DNA of 64,000 nucleotides from Fistulifera solaris (Eukaryota): NCBI GenBank assembly GCA_030295235.1, contig AP026135.1, positions 1,178,001 to 1,242,000 of the forward strand, read 5' to 3'. Shown piece by piece: positions 59,908 to 64,000 of this stretch (position 1 is its first letter; each line of letters starts with the position of its first letter). The notes under the pieces were generated by a model. It saw only the letters and a program-made list of their open reading frames with translations, ran no database searches and was not told where the DNA came from. The position numbers and the translations under genes were made by a program.

Positions 59908-62003
59908 TTATGGGGCAGTAACTTGTTTCTCTGTTTGCCGCTGTAAATGTGCGGCACGCAAGGACCACGCAACCAGGCGGAATAATTGGTATCCGATGAA
60001 AACTGTCCACACTGAACGAATGCCCACTCCAGCCACACCTGCCAGTGCCGCCTTCTTCACGCGCAACATGAGAAAGGGGACCACTACAAAGAAATTTGCG
60101 TACATTTTCCCAAGAAACGCTAAATCCTTCCGACCCAGTAAAACGCCTTCCATAGCGCAGACAATTCCGTGCGAGGCAAAGAAAATTAACAGAAGCGGCG
60201 CTACAGCGTTCACCAAAGAAATGACTTGCAAGTCGGTTGTGAAGAACCGCGAAAGAAGGGGAACACAACTAACGGCTGACATCATGACTGCGCCGAAAAT
60301 GCCACCAGCCTTAGCAAAGTTAAATAAAGCTTTTCTTAACGCTGCAGAACGCTCAGGAGAGGGCTTCTTTTCCATGATAGAAGGCAAGAAACTCTGCGCG
60401 GTCAAATTCAAAGAGTCCGCAATGGGGCACAAACAGTAGAACAAACTCACAATTATCTGCTGAGCTGCCATACTTAATGTTCCCATCGAGCTCGAGACAA
60501 CGTGACTCATAGCAACATATCCTGAAACACGCCCCACCTGGGCAGTTGTCACAGGAACGACATATTCTGTGAAGTCTTGAATCGTTTGACGGGATGGTCC
60601 TTTCAAAAAATCTTTGATACTGAATTTGTCCGCCAAAAAACCACGCACCGAAACATTCGATTCTCCTGTGGCGGCACTCGGTTTGATTTTCGGTTGCTTC
60701 CCAACGCTGAGAACCTTGTTTTGACCGTACTTGCTTTTCACCAATCGCATAATAGATTCGCTTAAGTTGATGGGAGGTGTCGTCACGCTTCCTTTATTGC
60801 AAAGCCAGTACAAGAACATTGTGACCGCAGCATACTGTGAGAAGACCGTTGCCCAAGCAGCGCCAGCAGCACCTCCGATCCATAAATTTGCGTTTCCTAC
60901 GAACGTCATGTCTCCCAGAAAATTGACGACTGCGGCAACCCCAAGCACATATAGTGGGCTTCTGATGTCCTGCATTCCCAGACAAGCAGCTTGAGAGCTC
61001 CCAATAACAGCAGCTGCCGGCATACCGAGCGCTCGAATACGAACATACTTCATCGCAGCGTCGAAGACAGCCGGGCTAATACTATCATTGCCAATGATTG
61101 ATCGAAGCAAGTGCGGCGCGAACACAAACAAAACACCGCCCAAGCCTAGACCGACAATCCATGCCAGCTGTAAGACACCACGAAAAGTTGACGTTGTTTT
61201 CGGAGAACCTTCCACAGTAGCGTCGGTTTCTCGGGCAGCAGCAATCAGATTGGTTGTTCCTGTGTACAGGAACGCGATGAGTAAAGCAGTGTAGTCGGTA
61301 ACAGCAACAGCTGGATTCAATGCCGCCTGCTGTGCCGTCCCCGAAAGCAAGCCAACGCAACTGGTATCGATCATAGACAGCAAGGGACCGCACAACCAAA
61401 CGCCGATCGCTGGAATAGCAAATTTCAATATTTTAGTAACTGAAGGGGCAGGAACTGAAGGGGACACGGTCTTCTCTTCCAGCTCAACCGCTTGCACCGC
61501 AAATTTAGCTTCAGCTTCTACAATGGCCTGCTCCGAAGCCGTTAATAAACTTCTCACACCTTCTGCAGTGTTTGTGGCTTCTATTGCAATTATTTTGTCC
61601 TGATTATCCATGCCAAGGCTGACAATTTCAGCGGGTATGGGAGTTTTGGGTGACTCATGCTGGTGTCGACTGACATTCTCCTGAAACACCGTTTCAACAA
61701 TTTCAGCATTCTCATCCAATGACGATAAAAAGATGATTTTTCCAGTATCCGTTTCTGAGTTTTCGGTAGCTAAAGCAACAGTAGCTTCCGTTGCATCGAT
61801 AGGAACGGAAAAAACCGTATTTTCACCAACTTCGCCGTTGATGATAAGATCATCGAGAAGCTCTCCCGAATTCTGTAACTCGTCTAACCCGTACAAAATC
61901 TTGATTTTATCTTGAATCGGGTAATTTGTCCTTTTAAGTTGCTCAGGCGAGGCGCAAAGGCATTTGCCGTGAGAAAAAGAAGCGAATAACAATGAATTCG
62001 CAT
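59908..62003 (-). CDS. Plastid-targeted MATE-family transporter (DinF/plant DTX46-like)
   Basis: FAIPAIGVWLCGPLLSMIDT, AALNPA, YVRIRA, AAQQI, EGVLLG. ATG at 62003 encodes MRIHCYSLLFLTANA-FAP and joins the long ORF if one base is added to the T4 run at 61932-61935. Confidence 0.88.
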
Positions 62004-62943
62004 GACAATGTATGACAGATATGACCGCTCCGCTCTAATCTAGACCGAAGGAGAAAGAAAAAGTGAGCCTAAATCGCGTCCCTAACCAAATTGTAAACAG
62101 AGGACAGAAGCGCAGCCGATTGAAAAATAAAACAACTAGTCGTGCTTTGTCGTAAACGTTCCGGAAAGAGAAAAGACCTCCGTACGATAGGCGACTGCCT
62201 TAGCGAGAGAATGATCTTCTGGTCGCCTCGCTCACCACCTAACGCCTCTAATCTGATTTCCAAATGAACACACCTGTTGTTTCTAAACGCGGTAAAGCCT
62301 TTCTCTTCGTTGATATTTTATCAAATCCAAAATCCAGCCGTTGAAGACAATGGGCTTGGCTGGGTTGGGTGAGTGAAAAAAGAACGAGGAGAGAGAAAAA
62401 CGAATAGTCCGTTCCCTACTCAAACACGACACACAAACAGGCCGCTGGCTTCAACTCCGCGTCCAAGACCAGAATAGTCAATAGAGTTCTATCCTTTTAC
62501 GATGCATGGAAAAGTAAATCAAGCATCTGTCTGTCGGTCTGACAGATGGAACAAAATTTTTCAACATCGACTAAAGTATACTTCAGTCCCGCATCCTGTT
62601 TTGAGATTTGATTTGTGATTGCTATGCGCCATTTTGGTCCTGTTCGCCTAAAGGTAGGCGTGAAAGACCGTAAACAATACTCCTTTTTCATCTAAAAGGA
62701 GTCAGGAAAGAGGAAGCACTCCGGCTTTTTTTCATCGATGACTAGCTAGCTAGAAAAAGGATGCAAAGCTAAATGCAACGCTGTGCTATAAATGGAAATA
62801 AGGGCGCAACCTCAGCTTCTTCCAGAAAAAGAAACGCCAAAAGCAAAGTATCACAAAGATTTGACATAAAGTTACGGTGACTATACTTATTGAAAAAAAC
62901 TATTATATTTCCGATGTGAATATGTTCAAAAATGTGAACTATT

Positions 62944-64000
62944 CTAGCTATCCGAGCCGGACTCGACATCCTCTGTTTTGTCATACTTGCCAGAAGTAGC
63001 GCCATTCATTAATCGCAAACGCTGGTTCTCCAACTGCCGAATGCGTTCTTCGATCTCCTCCTTGTGCTCTTTGAGCTCAGCTTGAAGCGTATTAATTTCA
63101 TCCAAAGTAAATCGATATTCCGTTGTAGGGGGCATAACGGGAACTCCAGGGTACATGTGACCGGGCTTGACATTGTAGTCACCGTCCGTGTGCTTATTGG
63201 CAGCACGTTCCTCAGCCGTTCCAACATAGACTTCGTCGAACTTGAAGTGAGCGAAACTTTTGTGAATCTTCGCAATGACCCACGATCCGGCACACAATCC
63301 AGTCGCCTCAAGAAAGAGACAGACGCGAAGCAAAACGTAAGTGATGGGAGTCGACAAGAACGCAAGAGGGAATGCAGACGCGGCCAACTGCCACGTGATG
63401 GAGCCGACGATGGTCGTGATGATTGCCCCGAGCAAGCCTGTGTTGAAGAACTCTTGCAACTGGTTCGAGACACCAAAGATGTTCGTTTCTCCGTCCTCTA
63501 ACTTGACAGTGGTGACACGGGCAATGATGAAGAAGCAAAGGGTCACACACATCTGACGTCCCACCATGAACCCGGGCAAGTTGCGACCCGATCCGCCAAA
63601 CAACAAGTCACATGTACGCTTGGCCCAGGGACGAGTAGCGCGTTCCTCTGGAGTCATCTTGGCAACCGCAAAGAACGCAATCTGCATACCCTCGAGCATA
63701 CCGACAATGCTCATGAATACAAAGAAAAGGATGACAGCAGCAAAACCAGGGACACTCTCCCACATGGTTGTCTTTCCCTGGAACAAAGCCGACAGAGTCA
63801 CGGCAAAGGCGAAGGCAAGAATCGCAACAGACATGGCTACACGGGCCCAGTGCAACACAAGAGTCATTCCAGTGCGGGGAGGTTCAAACGACTCGGTAGG
63901 ACTGCCAAGCAAACCGAGAATACTCTGAATCAAGTAGGAAGCATGCAACAAACCAGAGGCCTCGATGGCGTTGGCCACGTAGAGAGTGAAGGTCATGAAG
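62944..64000 (-). CDS. SIT: Silicon transporter, second copy (5' part lies beyond the window)
   Basis: Nearly identical to the SIT at 50083; EGMQ and GRQ motifs; intact coiled-coil C-terminus. Confidence 0.95.
   Translation of the reverse strand, partial: FMTFTLYVANAIEASGLLHASYLIQSILGLLGSPTESFEPPRTGMTLVLHWARVAMSVAILAFAFAVTLSALFQGKTTMWESVPGFAAVILFFVFMSIVGMLEGMQIAFFAVAKMTPEERATRPWAKRTCDLLFGGSGRNLPGFMVGRQMCVTLCFFIIARVTTVKLEDGETNIFGVSNQLQEFFNTGLLGAIITTIVGSITWQLAASAFPLAFLSTPITYVLLRVCLFLEATGLCAGSWVIAKIHKSFAHFKFDEVYVGTAEERAANKHTDGDYNVKPGHMYPGVPVMPPTTEYRFTLDEINTLQAELKEHKEEIEERIRQLENQRLRLMNGATSGKYDKTEDVESGSDS

Noticed and set aside
1..64000. Most short, antisense or TTG/GTG-initiated ORFs in the track (e.g. 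53832..54695, 48637..49272, 7357..7899)
   Set aside because: They overlap well-supported genes in other frames or strands. The locus is eukaryotic, so non-ATG starts were moved to the first credible ATG or splice acceptor.
1..64000. CRISPR arrays, operons, prokaryotic defence systems, tRNA/rRNA genes, transposase or reverse-transcriptase ORFs
   Set aside because: No regularly spaced repeats, recognisable RNA genes or such protein motifs were seen by eye. A covariance-model search was not possible.

Overview
Eukaryotic nuclear DNA from a diatom, most likely a raphid pennate (inference). Evidence: two silicon transporters (SIT), bipartite signal+FAP plastid presequences, short GT-AG introns, compact genes, and RxL-type propeptide sites. 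About 29 protein genes are supported. Housekeeping genes include ALG6, HCF101, tyrosine aminotransferase, MCCA, a COG0523 GTPase, TFB4, EDR2-C, Tic22-like, SMT1, transhydrogenase, PFK and MATE. Many gene models were rebuilt by hand across introns and across single-base homopolymer frameshifts that look like assembly errors. The most interesting observations are: (1) a four-member family of secreted prepropeptides in which three R/K-R-x-L sites flank a conserved 4-Cys peptide; (2) two plastid-targeted RluA-family paralogs that both lack the catalytic Asp (HRLG instead of HRLD); (3) a plastid-targeted RibD-type deaminase fused to a CRM/YhbY RNA-binding domain in place of the reductase; (4) a CXXC zinc finger + SET-like protein; (5) a MITE-like element whose end motif recurs upstream of the prepropeptide genes and of SIT; (6) an inverted, nearly identical SIT pair. 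All calls come from reading motifs by eye; no searches were run.
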